64,000 nt of DNA. Origin: Phycisphaerales bacterium. Its GTDB lineage: Bacteria; Planctomycetota; Phycisphaerae; Phycisphaerales; UBA1924. The notes below the pieces were generated by a model. That model had not been told where the DNA came from. It saw only the letters and a list, made by a program, of their open reading frames with translations, and did not search any database. A program made the position numbers and the translations under genes. The DNA lies in the NCBI GenBank assembly GCA_020853815.1, contig JADYYE010000107.1:11500-75499 (forward strand). Direction: 5' to 3'. Numbering within the stretch: the stretch's first letter is position 1; each line of letters begins with the position of its first letter. This document shows, one piece after another, positions 8,907 to 18,585 of the stretch.

Positions 8907-10298
8907 ATGATCGTCCCGGAAGGCCAAACGAACCACGATCAGACCTCGGCGCCAGCGGTGCCGGAGACGCCCGCTGGTCCGATGAAGTCGGGGCCCACGG
9001 GACCGACCGCACCGCCCACCCCGTCCGCTCAAACTCTCGCACCCGGCGCGCCTGTGGTCATCCTGAACCAGTATTACGTCCCCGACGTGGCGTCGACGGG
9101 GCACCTTCTCCACGAGCTGGCCCGCGAGCTGGTGACGATCGGCTGCGAGGTTCACGCGCTGACCGCCTGGCCCTCCTACGGCCCGCCGGACACTTGGGAG
9201 CCCTGCCCGCTCCGCGAGATGCGCGACGGCGTGGACGTTCGCCGGATGAAGACGACGCGCTTCAGCAAGGACCGGCTTCTGGGGCGCGTCGCGAACTTCA
9301 CGACCTTCACCATCCCGCTGGCGTTGCGCACGCTGATTGGCTCGCGGCGTGATCGGGTGTATCTGTACACGACCAATCCGCCCTTCCTGGGCGTGATCGG
9401 CGCGATGGTGTCGCTTCTGCGTCGTCACACCTATGTGCAGCTGCTGCACGACGCGTACCCGGACATGGCGGTGTGGGTGGGGACGATCAAGAAGGGCGGG
9501 ATCGCCGAGCGCGTCTGGCACGCGATGAACAAGCTCATGTACTCGCGGGCCGCGGAAACGATCGTGCTGTGCGACGCCGCCAAGGAGCTGGTGTGCCGGA
9601 ACTACGCCATCGACCCGGCGCGGGTGCATGTGATCTCCAACTGGGCCGACGGCGAAGTGATCGTTCCCAAGGACAAGCGCACGACCAAGTTCTCGAAGAC
9701 ACACGGGCTGGTGGAGCCCTTCACCGTTCTGTACTCGGGCAACCTCGGGCTGTACTACGAGTTCGAGACGCTGATCGGGGCGGCCGAGCGGCTCAAGGGC
9801 GAGAACGTCAAGTTCGTCTTCGTCGGTTCGGGCGGGCGCAAGGCCTGGATCGCCGAGCAGATCCAGAAGCGCAAGCTGACGAACTCGATCCTGCTCCCCT
9901 ACCAGCCCACGGCCGAGGTGCCCGACTCGCTCCCCTCGTGCGACACGTCGGTCGTCTCGATCGCCAAGGGGATCGAGGGAATCAGCTATCCGAGCAAGCT
10001 GTATACGTCGCTGGCGGTGGGCAAGTCGGTGCTGGCACTCTCGGAGCCCAGGAGCGAGCTCCGCGAACTGGTGGAGAAGCACAAGCTCGGGCGCTGGATT
10101 CAGATCGGAGACGTCGACTCCTGCGTCGCCACCATCCGCGACATGATGGCCCACCCCGAAGAAGTCGCGGCCGAGGGGCGACGCGCCCGCGAGATGTTCG
10201 ACCGCGAGTTCACGCGCCCCATGGCGGCCCGGAAGTACGCTCATGTGCTGGCGCTGGCCGCCCGACGCGCCGGGCTGCCGATCCGCGACGTGCCGTGA
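8907..10298 (+). CDS. GT4 glycosyltransferase, WcaI-like
   Basis: VVILNQYYVPDVASTGHLLHELARELV is a WcaI-type N-terminus, and the C-terminal half is a GT-B fold (YSGNLGLYYEF, FVFVGSGG). ATG at 8907 preceded by GGAG; alternative ATG at 8982. Confidence 0.85.
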   Translation: MIVPEGQTNHDQTSAPAVPETPAGPMKSGPTGPTAPPTPSAQTLAPGAPVVILNQYYVPDVASTGHLLHELARELVTIGCEVHALTAWPSYGPPDTWEPCPLREMRDGVDVRRMKTTRFSKDRLLGRVANFTTFTIPLALRTLIGSRRDRVYLYTTNPPFLGVIGAMVSLLRRHTYVQLLHDAYPDMAVWVGTIKKGGIAERVWHAMNKLMYSRAAETIVLCDAAKELVCRNYAIDPARVHVISNWADGEVIVPKDKRTTKFSKTHGLVEPFTVLYSGNLGLYYEFETLIGAAERLKGENVKFVFVGSGGRKAWIAEQIQKRKLTNSILLPYQPTAEVPDSLPSCDTSVVSIAKGIEGISYPSKLYTSLAVGKSVLALSEPRSELRELVEKHKLGRWIQIGDVDSCVATIRDMMAHPEEVAAEGRRAREMFDREFTRPMAARKYAHVLALAARRAGLPIRDVP

Positions 10299-10455
10299 CG
10301 CCTGGGCGAAATCGCGCCCGAGTCCACGACGATCCGGGCCTTGGAAGGCCCCGGTGTCCTTCCCCGCGCCGACGGTGAACAATCGCGCCGACTCCACGGA
10401 GCCCCGCGTGCCATCCCCCCAAGAAAAGTACGGCTCGCTCCCGTCCAACGCCGCC

Positions 10456-11304
10456 ATGACGATCGAGGTCGAGGACTGGTTCCACGACGATCTTCTCTCG
10501 CGTGCCGTGGAGCCCGGCTCGTGGGACACCCTCGAACTCCGGGTTGACCGCGCCGCCGACCGGATGCTGACGCAGATGGCCCACCACGGCGCGGCGTCGA
10601 CCTGCTTCATCCTGGGCTGGTGCGCCGAGAAGAAGCCCGCGCTCGTGAAGCGGATCGCCGCCGCCGGGCACGAGATCGCCTGCCACGGCTACGGGCACCT
10701 GCCCGTTTCCGTTCTCAAGCCCCACGAGTTCAAGCGCGACGCGGAGCGCGCCAAGAAACTCCTCGAAGACCTGACCGGAATGCCGGTCAGGGGCTATCGC
10801 GCGCCGGCCTTCTCGATCACCGACTGGGCGATCGACGTGCTGCAATCGCTCGGATTCGAGTACGACTCGTCCACCTTCGCCCGCCCGGCCCGCATCCACA
10901 ACGCGAATCTCCGCGGCCTGTCCGACGGCGCGCCGGTCGTCCAGCTCCGCAAGGGCTTCCATGAAATCGGCGTCTCGTGCGGGAGCTTTCTCGGGAGATG
11001 CACGCCGTGGAGCGGAGGATACCTCCGTCTCTCTCCATACCTGTTCTTCCGCGCGGGCGTGAAGAAGACACTTCGGGCCGCCGGGCCGTTTGTGTTCGCC
11101 ATCCGCTCCTGGGAGACCGACCACGGGCAGCCGCGGGTCGCCGGCCTGAAGCGCTCCCACGCCTTCCGGCACTATGTCAACCTCGCGCGCGGCGAGCGGG
11201 GCTTCAACAACCTCCTGCGCGATTTCAACTGGACCACCCTGGGCGACCTGCTCGCGCGCTCGAAGCCCGACGGCCCGCCGACGCAAAGCCCTTCCGCCGC
11301 GTAG
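10456..11304 (+). CDS. polysaccharide deacetylase (NodB fold plus DUF3473, XrtA/EPS-associated type)
   Basis: MTIEVEDWFH, FILGWCAEKKP..GHEIACHGYGH and RGYRAPAFSI, followed by a DUF3473-like tail. Possible upstream GTG at 10375. Confidence 0.8.
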   Translation: MTIEVEDWFHDDLLSRAVEPGSWDTLELRVDRAADRMLTQMAHHGAASTCFILGWCAEKKPALVKRIAAAGHEIACHGYGHLPVSVLKPHEFKRDAERAKKLLEDLTGMPVRGYRAPAFSITDWAIDVLQSLGFEYDSSTFARPARIHNANLRGLSDGAPVVQLRKGFHEIGVSCGSFLGRCTPWSGGYLRLSPYLFFRAGVKKTLRAAGPFVFAIRSWETDHGQPRVAGLKRSHAFRHYVNLARGERGFNNLLRDFNWTTLGDLLARSKPDGPPTQSPSAA

Positions 11305-11506
11305 GAATCGTGGCGGGTGTTGGTCCTGTTCCCACCTCCAACGACCGCCCGGGAGCAGGCCCGCCGCCCGAGTTCCGACCTCCGTCCGTCGGCGGGTTGG
11401 CACACCCCTTGGCGTGGGCCCCGTTGCGCGTTCCGGCGGCACCACTCGCGCTCGCCGGGTCGATGGACTCTCTCTCGTCGTTGTCCCTTGCCTCCAACAA
11501 TCGCGC

Positions 11507-12373
11507 GTGCCATGGGGCGGCGGCGTCATCATCGAACGGGTCTTCGCGCCGGGCGTGTCGGTCGCCGCGTGGGCGCGGGCGTTGTCGGGGTGGGTCAGCG
11601 CGGGCGAGCCGGGGCGCGTGCTGAAAAGCGACGGTCCAAATGTCGTGATTGCGGCGCGCCTGTTGGGGCGGGGCGTGGTGGTGAAGCGATGGCGGCCGTC
11701 GGCGTGGGCCAGGTTTCGATCGCGGATCAGCGGGAGCAAGAGCGAGCGGCACTGGCGCGGGGCGGCGTGGCTGGCGCGGCACGGGATCGACACCGCGCCG
11801 TGCCTGGCGATGGGCCACGATGCCGCGCTCGCCGCGCGCCGCGATTACCTCGTCATGGAGGAGCTGACCGGCCCGACGGCGCTGGAGGTGCTCGCGGGGC
11901 ACGCGGAGCCAGGGGCGATCGGTGTACGAGAAGAACTTGCGATCGCGCGCGAGGTCGGGCGGCAGGTTGCCCGCATGATCGCGCACGGGCGGTTCAATCG
12001 CGATCACAAGCCGTCGAACTTGATCGTGGCGTGGCGCGGCGGGCGGTTCAAGTTGGCGGTGATCGACTGCGTGGCGATCCTGCCCTTGTGGCGTGGCGGC
12101 GGCGCGGGCGCGGCGCAGGAGCGGATGCTGGCGTCGCTGTGCATCGAGCCGACCGAGCTCGGCGTTGGGCCGCGGCGGTCGCTGGTGTTGGCCGCGCTGC
12201 AGTCGGCGCTGGGATTGGAGCGAACGGTGGGGGGTGCGGTCGGGAGCGGGGGAGAGCGCCCTGGCGCCCGCACCGCGCTGAGGCTGAACCCCGCGGCGAA
12301 GCACGCGCTGCGCGGGCTGTGGCGCTCGGTCGCGGCCCGGGTACGGGCGCACGCCGGGTCGGCGGGCGGGTAA
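11507..12373 (+). CDS. protein-kinase-like fold protein (Kdo/WaaP lipopolysaccharide kinase family-like)
   Basis: YLVMEELTG hinge-like block, catalytic-loop-like NRDHKPSNLIV and AVIDC in place of DFG. Start (GTG 11507) is uncertain. Confidence 0.55.
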   Translation: MPWGGGVIIERVFAPGVSVAAWARALSGWVSAGEPGRVLKSDGPNVVIAARLLGRGVVVKRWRPSAWARFRSRISGSKSERHWRGAAWLARHGIDTAPCLAMGHDAALAARRDYLVMEELTGPTALEVLAGHAEPGAIGVREELAIAREVGRQVARMIAHGRFNRDHKPSNLIVAWRGGRFKLAVIDCVAILPLWRGGGAGAAQERMLASLCIEPTELGVGPRRSLVLAALQSALGLERTVGGAVGSGGERPGARTALRLNPAAKHALRGLWRSVAARVRAHAGSAGG

Positions 12374-12546
12374 TGGTGGGGTTGAGGACGGTTCGAGCTT
12401 TGGACGCCAACCATCGACCGGATCACGCCGCCGCCACACCGTCGTTCGCGGCGTCGGATGTCACAAATCGGCCGCTGGCGCTCGGCCCGCGTGGGGAATA
12501 TCCTTCCTGCCCGCATCGATCGTCATGGAAGAGAGGACTGTTTCGG

Positions 12547-13332
12547 ATGAGCCTGGTGCCACGCCCGCCGGTCGTGCTCCCCAAGAACCCTGTGTCGCGC
12601 CAGCAGTACGGGTTCTTCCCGACCTACGCCGATCGCCCGCACCCGACGCGCTGGGAGTTCCCGGCGTATCTGGACAATCCGAACTGCCGCTGGCTGCGGT
12701 GTCTCAAAGAGATGTACGAGATGCCGATCATCTTTCCCTCCTCGCTCTCTCCCGAGGCGGGGCTGATGATCCACGCGCTGGTCCGCAACATCCGCCCGCG
12801 CGTCGTGGTGGAGGTGGGCACCTATCTCGGCGTGAGCACGCACTGGATCGGGTCGGCGCTCCAAGAGAACGGCGACGGCGGCGTGATCCACTGCTTCGAC
12901 AATTTCGGCCCGATCCACAAGGGAGAATGGCGCGACGCGGAGATGCTCGAAGGGCGGCTGGCCTGGGTCAAGGATCGCCTCACCAAGGCCGGGTTGATCG
13001 ACCACGTCCGCTTCCACCCGGGCGACAGCTCGACGCAGATCGTGGCGGAGCGGAGCATGCTGCGTCTGGACGGCGGGGTCGATCTGGCGTTCATCGACGG
13101 CGATCACAGCGTGCCCGGCGCGTGCAAGGACCTGTGGGCGGTCGAGCCGGCGCTCAACACCGGCGGCTACGTGCTCCTGCACGATACCTATCCCGAGCTG
13201 TGCGGGAGCCACGAGGGACCGCGCCACATCCTCGACACGATCAACGTCATCTCGCAGGGATGTTATGAGAAGTGCGAGCTCAATCTCTCGCCCTTGAACT
13301 ACGGCGTGGGGCTGCTTCGGCGCGTGGGCTGA
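12547..13332 (+). CDS. class I SAM-dependent methyltransferase (Methyltransf_24 / O-MTase-like)
   Basis: VVEVGTYLGVST (motif I) and DLAFIDGDHS (post-II) are typical of cephalosporin-hydroxylase/O-MTase-like proteins. Only the last 261 codons of the 671-aa ORF are credible. Confidence 0.75.
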   Translation: MSLVPRPPVVLPKNPVSRQQYGFFPTYADRPHPTRWEFPAYLDNPNCRWLRCLKEMYEMPIIFPSSLSPEAGLMIHALVRNIRPRVVVEVGTYLGVSTHWIGSALQENGDGGVIHCFDNFGPIHKGEWRDAEMLEGRLAWVKDRLTKAGLIDHVRFHPGDSSTQIVAERSMLRLDGGVDLAFIDGDHSVPGACKDLWAVEPALNTGGYVLLHDTYPELCGSHEGPRHILDTINVISQGCYEKCELNLSPLNYGVGLLRRVG

Positions 13333-13374
13333 GCCAGTTGCTTTGGAAGCCGCGTGGAAGAGAGAGGTTGACGG

Positions 13375-14484
13375 ATGGCAGGGCGAAAGAAGTCAACAGA
13401 CGCCAACGTTGTAGCCGGCGCGGGCGGAGCGGCGGCAAAGCCCGCGCGCGGCCGCGCGGCGCGGAGGGCGGGCGAGAAGTCGACGCCAAGGGAGAAGCCC
13501 GCCAACGTCGCCGCGATGCACGACTCCAAGGAAGTCCGTCAGCGCGAGCATCGGGCGCGGGTTGAGGAGATCGGGCATCGCGAGGTGTACGAACTCGGGG
13601 ACCCGACGCTGAGGATTCACGTCGGCGATTGCCGCGAGGTTCTGTCGAAGCTCCCCGAGTTTCGGCGCAGCGAGGTCGACCTGGTGTTCGCCGATCCGCC
13701 GTTCAACTGGAGCCGGGCGTACGACAAGTGGGACGACTCCATGCCGCGCGAGGACTATCTGAAGTTCACGCGCGAGTGGCTGGACGTGTGCGTGGATGCG
13801 CTGCGACCGACGGGCGCGATCTGGGTGAACATCCCGGACGACACCTGCGCCGAGATCGTGATGCACCTGAAGTCTCGGAACCTGGCGATGGTGAACTGGT
13901 GCATCTGGCACTATCGCTTCGGGCAGAACACGACGGACCGGTTCATCAACAGCAAGGTCCACGCGCTGTATTTCTGCAAGGGCGGGAAACGCACGTGGAA
14001 TCCGCGGGAGGTGCTGGAGATGTCGGACCGGGCGGCGATCTACGCCGACCCGCGCACGCAGAACAAGGCCGACGGCATGCCGCCGGGGATGCGCGTGCCG
14101 ATGGACGTGTGGTACGGGCAATACTGGGGACGCATCCAGGGCAACAACGCCGAGCGGCGCGCCAACCACGACAACCAGCTCCCCGAGGTGTACCTGGAGC
14201 GGGTGATCCGCGCGTGCAGCAACGAGGGTGATCTCGTGGTCGATCCCTTCACGGGCTCGGGGACGACACCGGTCGTCGCGCACGCGCTCAAGCGCCGCTT
14301 CATCGGGTCGGAGTTCAGCGTCGACAACGCGCGCAGCGCGTTGGCGCGCATCAAGGCCGGCCCGGTCCGGATCGGCGCGGCGATCGGCGCCAGCACCGCG
14401 ATCTTCGAGCATCGAATCAAGGACAAGCGCCGGGGCCGGGCCGGGATGTTTGGCGTGGATGACGCTGCGCCGGCGACGCCATGA
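13375..14484 (+). CDS. beta-class DNA methyltransferase (N6-adenine/N4-cytosine, PF01555-like), orphan
   Basis: Motif IV DLVFADPPFNW precedes motif I VVDPFTGSGTTPVVA, which is the beta permutation. About 60 aa of basic low-complexity N-terminal extension. No nuclease gene adjacent. Confidence 0.85.
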   Translation: MAGRKKSTDANVVAGAGGAAAKPARGRAARRAGEKSTPREKPANVAAMHDSKEVRQREHRARVEEIGHREVYELGDPTLRIHVGDCREVLSKLPEFRRSEVDLVFADPPFNWSRAYDKWDDSMPREDYLKFTREWLDVCVDALRPTGAIWVNIPDDTCAEIVMHLKSRNLAMVNWCIWHYRFGQNTTDRFINSKVHALYFCKGGKRTWNPREVLEMSDRAAIYADPRTQNKADGMPPGMRVPMDVWYGQYWGRIQGNNAERRANHDNQLPEVYLERVIRACSNEGDLVVDPFTGSGTTPVVAHALKRRFIGSEFSVDNARSALARIKAGPVRIGAAIGASTAIFEHRIKDKRRGRAGMFGVDDAAPATP

Positions 14485-14744
14485 CCGCCGTCCTCCGCGT
14501 CAAGGTCGTGCCGGGCTCGTCGCGCGAGGCGATCGCGGGGCGGCTTGGCGATCGACTCAAGGTGCGCGTGAGCGCGCCGCCCGAGGCGGGCGCCGCGAAC
14601 GAGGCGGTGTGCCGATTGATCGCGGCGGCGCTGGGCGTGCGGACCCGCGACGTGCGCATCGCGTCGGGCCACGCCCGCCCGGAAAAGACGCTCGAAATCG
14701 ACGGCGTGGACCAGGCGAAGGCCGACGCGCTGATGAAGTCGTGA
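14481..14744 (+). CDS. DUF167 (YggU family) protein
   Basis: LRVKVVPGSSREAI..LKVRVSAPPEAGAANEAVCRLIA..LGV is the YggU/DUF167 signature. ATGA start/stop overlap with the methyltransferase gene. Confidence 0.8.
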   Translation: MTAVLRVKVVPGSSREAIAGRLGDRLKVRVSAPPEAGAANEAVCRLIAAALGVRTRDVRIASGHARPEKTLEIDGVDQAKADALMKS

Positions 14745-14795
14745 GTGAGACAGGGAAGCAGCGAGACACCGAGACACGCGGAAGAAGTCCACCTT
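14745..14795 (+). repeat. degenerate purine-rich 3' repeat (GAGACA/GCAGCGAG units then GGAAGAAG)
   Basis: GTGAGTGAGACAGGGAAGCAGCGAGACACCGAGACACGCGGAAGAAG starts directly after the stop at 14744. Related to the arrays at 45260 and 61477. Confidence 0.5.
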
Positions 14796-15019
14796 GATAG
14801 TCGGGCGACTGAAGGCGGCTTCAGGGCGAACCAGGGTAAAGCTTGGGGATTGACGCGCGTGGAACACACACGGCGCCGTTCGACGGCTCGATTCCGCAGT
14901 CGCGCCCGCGTTTTCATTCAGCTCGGCCCGTCGCCGTGCCACCCGCCCACTTCCTCGTTCGTACCCGCATTCCCCGTGCGATTCCCTACCATGCTCCGCC
15001 GCACCACCCGGAGCACGCG

Positions 15020-16690
15020 ATGGACCCCAACCTGATCAAGCCCGTGAAGGCCGCCCTTTCCGCGGGGAACAACGACGAGGCGGAGCGCCTGGCGCGGGAG
15101 CTGCTGGATCAGCACCCGGATGACGCGGTGGCGCTCAACACGCTGGGTGGCGTGCTGGCGATCGCCAACAAGTACACCGACGCGGTCGAGTATGCGCGCC
15201 GAGCCGTCAAGGCCGCCCCCGACAATCGCGCGTACCACCAGACCCTGCTCACCGTGCTCACGCACGCCGGTCTGCGCATGGAAGCACTCGAGGTGATGGA
15301 GTTCATGCTCCAGCACACCAACCCCAAGGCGCCCGAGCACGCGGGCCTGTGCCTGTCCTACGCGACCCTGCTCTACAACCTCCTCCGCTTCGACGATTCC
15401 AAGCTCGCCTTCGAGACCGCGCTCTCGGTTCACCCCGACGACTTTGGTCTTCATCTTGGCTTTGCCCAGATGATGAACTACCTCCCCGACGCCACGCCCG
15501 AACAGGTTTTCGCGCGCCACAAGGCCCTCGGCGACCTGATCGCGCCGCTGGCGCCGCCCACACCGCCGCGATTCGGCAACGCGCTCGACCCGGAGAAAAA
15601 GCTGAAGGTGGCGATCGTTTCTCCCGACCTGCGTGGGCACTCCGTCGTCTACTACCTCGAGCCCGTGCTGGAGCACGCCGACAAGAGCAAATACCAGTAC
15701 ATCTGTTATTCGACCGCGATGCCCCAGGACAGGATCACCGAACGCCTCAAGACCTATGTCTCAAGCTGGCGGCGAATCCCCGAGGGCTCCGCCGCCGACC
15801 TGGCGGCCAAGATGTGGACCGATGCTCCCGATATCGTCATCGACATCGCGGCCCACACCAACCCGCCCGTGCTCCACCTGCTCAATCTCCGGGCCGCTCC
15901 CATCCAGATGACGTGGCTGGGCTATCCCAACACCACCGGCGTGAAGAATTGCGACGTTCGTCTCATCGACTCGATCACCGATCCCCCCGGCGCCGAACGC
16001 CTCGCCACCGAACGACTCGTGCGCCTCGACCCGTGCTTCCTCTGCATCCGCCCCTCTCCCGAGGTGGGGCCGGTCATGCCCGGGCCCTCGGAATCCGGGG
16101 CGTTTGTCTTCGGCACGTTCAACAACATGGTGAAGTTCAACGACCGCGTGGCGGCCCTGTGGGGGCGCGTGCTGAACGCGGTGCCCTCGGCCAAGTTCGT
16201 GATGAAGAACGCCGCGCTGAACGAGCCCGCCTTCCGCGAGGTGATCGTGCGCATGTTCGAGAAGCACGGCGTGCCGCGCGAGCGCATGGAGTTCCTCCCG
16301 CGAACCCAGAGCGTCGCCGACCACCTCAACCTGTACCGAAAGGTCGATGTCGCGCTCGACCCGTTCCCCTACAACGGCACCACCACCATCAGCGAGGCCG
16401 CCTGGATGGGCGTCCCCACCATCTGCCTCGAAGGAAACAGCCACGTCTCGCGCGTCGGCATCAGCCTCAACGCGGGGCTGAACCTGCACGAGTTCAACGC
16501 CAGGACCGAGGACGAGTACGTTCAGGTCGCCGTCAAGTGGGCGAATGACCTGCCGAAGTTGCACGAGCTGCGTCGCACCATGCGCGATCGCATCCTCGCC
16601 TCGCCGCACGGCGACGCCCCGGGCTTTGCCCGCCGCTTCGAGGCCGCCCTACGGAACGAATGGCGGCGGCATTGCGCCGCGCGTTCCTAA
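15020..16690 (+). CDS. TPR-repeat O-GlcNAc-transferase-like glycosyltransferase (GT41, SPINDLY-like)
   Basis: N-terminal TPRs. The C-terminus has KVAIVSPDLRGHSVVYYL, FGTFNNMVKFN and DVALDPFPYNGTTTISEAAWMGVP, typical of GT41. Confidence 0.8.
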   Translation: MDPNLIKPVKAALSAGNNDEAERLARELLDQHPDDAVALNTLGGVLAIANKYTDAVEYARRAVKAAPDNRAYHQTLLTVLTHAGLRMEALEVMEFMLQHTNPKAPEHAGLCLSYATLLYNLLRFDDSKLAFETALSVHPDDFGLHLGFAQMMNYLPDATPEQVFARHKALGDLIAPLAPPTPPRFGNALDPEKKLKVAIVSPDLRGHSVVYYLEPVLEHADKSKYQYICYSTAMPQDRITERLKTYVSSWRRIPEGSAADLAAKMWTDAPDIVIDIAAHTNPPVLHLLNLRAAPIQMTWLGYPNTTGVKNCDVRLIDSITDPPGAERLATERLVRLDPCFLCIRPSPEVGPVMPGPSESGAFVFGTFNNMVKFNDRVAALWGRVLNAVPSAKFVMKNAALNEPAFREVIVRMFEKHGVPRERMEFLPRTQSVADHLNLYRKVDVALDPFPYNGTTTISEAAWMGVPTICLEGNSHVSRVGISLNAGLNLHEFNARTEDEYVQVAVKWANDLPKLHELRRTMRDRILASPHGDAPGFARRFEAALRNEWRRHCAARS

Positions 16691-16809
16691 TTCTTCGGCT
16701 CATGCCCTCGTTGCTTTGACATTCCCAGCCGGTGCCGTCGCGTTCAAGTGGCCTCCGCCTTGATCCTTACGCCCGCCATCCCGCCGCGAGCTCCAATCAG
16801 AGGGTCGGC

Positions 16810-17133
16810 CTAGGCCACCAGCGCGACCTGCTGGCCGCCCGCGAACTGCACGGCGACGGCCTGGTGGTGTTCGAGCGACGCCGCCACCCGAACCACGGTC
16901 GCGGGAACGAGCTCGCCCGAGTTGACGACCGGCTTCTTGCCCCAGGCGATGAAGACGTCGAGTTCGTCGCCCGGGTTGATCGGACGCGCGGAGTCGATGC
17001 GGACCAGCGCGCCGCTCGACGAGAGGTCGCACGTCCGGGCCGCCAGGTACTGGCGCGAGGCGCGGTGGTACACCTTGCAGGGCCGATCGATCGGCGTTCG
17101 TGCGTGTTGTCGGCGGTCGGGATTGGGTCCCAC
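16810..17133 (-). CDS. PilZ domain protein
   Basis: RRQHAR (RxxxR) and DLSSSG (DxSxxG) motifs at canonical spacing. Start (GTG 17133) is uncertain. Confidence 0.55.
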   Translation of the reverse strand: MGPNPDRRQHARTPIDRPCKVYHRASRQYLAARTCDLSSSGALVRIDSARPINPGDELDVFIAWGKKPVVNSGELVPATVVRVAASLEHHQAVAVQFAGGQQVALVA

Positions 17134-17299
17134 GCAAACTCCCGGTGTCGGCGGCCGAATGGCCGATGAAGTTGGAATGCGTATCGGACCAACCGCCGCT
17201 TGACTTTCAACTTTGCCGCGTCGCACCCGGTAATTCACGGCCTCCAAACCATCTTGTGGTGAAACACCTCCCAAGAAATCCACCGGAAATCGAGCCCCC

Positions 17300-18463
17300 A
17301 TGCCCCACCTCTCCGTGCTCATTCCGACCTTTCAACGCCCCGCCAAGGTGGCGGCGTGCCTGGCCTCGCTTCGGGCGCAAGTCCTTGAAGGTCTTGAAGT
17401 TCAGATCATCGTCGGGCTCGACGGTCCGGACCCCCGCTCGCGTGAAGCCATCGAACGTGCCTGGCCCGGTTCGACCCCACGCCGCGCAACACCTGCGGGC
17501 GCGACCCTGACCGTCATGGAATTGTCCAAACAGGGCTACATGGGTGTCCGCCGCGACATCCTCGCCAAGGCCACCGGGCAGGTCATGGTCTCGCTCAACG
17601 ACGACGTGGAGCTGTGCCCCGGCTTTCTGGCGGCCCACGCCCGTCGGCACCTGGCCGCCCCGGGGCCCGCGATCGTGGTTGGCGATTCGCCCTGGAAGGT
17701 CCACGCGGGCGACACGCTGTTCGATCGCATGGTGCGTGAGACCTCGTTGATCTTCTTTTATGACCAGATGTACGCCAAGGCCGCCACGCTCGGGCCCGGG
17801 CACGACTGGGGCTATCGATTCTGCTACGGGCTGAACTTCTCCGCGCCGCTCGATCTGGTCCGCGAGGTCGGGGGCTTTGCCGATCACGCCGACACCTACG
17901 GCTATGACGACATCGAGCTGGCGTTCCGGCTGGCGCGGGCGTTCAAGACGCCGGTGCTGTTCGAGCCCAAAGCCGCGGCGTTGCACGACCATCGATACAC
18001 GCCGCGCGACGTGATCCGTCGCGAGTACAACCTGGGGCGGGCGGCGTGGAAGTTCGCGAAGACGAGCCGCGAGTTTGCGCTGGACCTTTTCGGGCGCGAT
18101 ATTACGAGCGAGGGCGAGCTGGCGTACTCGCGCGAGTTCGTGTCGCGCGAGCGGAAGAGCGCGATGGGCCTGGCGCCGGAGTTTGTGTCGCTGGGCGAGA
18201 CGCCGTCGGGCTTGGTTGCGCCATCGGGCGCGGTTGCACCGTCGGGCTTGGTTGCACCGTCGGGCTTGGTTGCACCGCCGGGCGCGGTTGCACCGCCGGG
18301 CGTGGTTGCGCCGTCGGGCGTTCCTTCGCCGAACTCTGGCGCGGCGGGCATCGTGCGTGCCCTGGCGCAGCAGTTCATGCTGCTGAAGCGCTGGCTGTGG
18401 CGCCGCGGCCTGCTGGACGAGAGCGAGAATGCGCCCACGCGCGAAGTGCTGATCGAGGGATAG
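17300..18463 (+). CDS. GT2 family glycosyltransferase
   Basis: LSVLIPTFQRPAKVAACLASL and SLNDDVEL (DxD-like). The C-terminal third contains an in-frame hexapeptide repeat. Confidence 0.8.
   Translation: MPHLSVLIPTFQRPAKVAACLASLRAQVLEGLEVQIIVGLDGPDPRSREAIERAWPGSTPRRATPAGATLTVMELSKQGYMGVRRDILAKATGQVMVSLNDDVELCPGFLAAHARRHLAAPGPAIVVGDSPWKVHAGDTLFDRMVRETSLIFFYDQMYAKAATLGPGHDWGYRFCYGLNFSAPLDLVREVGGFADHADTYGYDDIELAFRLARAFKTPVLFEPKAAALHDHRYTPRDVIRREYNLGRAAWKFAKTSREFALDLFGRDITSEGELAYSREFVSRERKSAMGLAPEFVSLGETPSGLVAPSGAVAPSGLVAPSGLVAPPGAVAPPGVVAPSGVPSPNSGAAGIVRALAQQFMLLKRWLWRRGLLDESENAPTREVLIEG
18203..18328 (+). repeat. 18-nt in-frame tandem repeat (about 7 units) inside the GT2 gene
   Basis: Units ccgtcgggcttggttgcr encode PSGLVA/PSGAVA/PPGAVA. 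Confidence 0.9.
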
Positions 18464-18585
18464 GGCTCGACGCGCCCCCAGACGCGAATCCCGGGAAAAG
18501 TTCCGCCCGCGTTGTTAGTGTACACTATAGCAATCCCCGCGGCGTACACTCGCGCCGTCGGGTCATCCGCCCCGGAGGCGATCCC

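Noticed and set aside
12380-12400. GGTTCGAGC, resembling a tRNA T-loop.
   Set aside because: The flanking bases cannot form a T-stem, and no acceptor or anticodon arms are evident. I found no tRNA-like cloverleaf elsewhere in the window.
11317-12546. Upstream 410 codons of the 671-aa ORF ending as the SAM methyltransferase.
   Set aside because: They are out of frame with the kinase-like gene, which shows catalytic-loop motifs, and the translation is Arg/Gly/Ala-rich. The methyltransferase domain starts after the ATG at 12547.
13375-14484. Considered a restriction-modification system.
   Set aside because: No endonuclease-like or specificity-subunit ORF lies within several kb on either side, so I treated it as an orphan methyltransferase.
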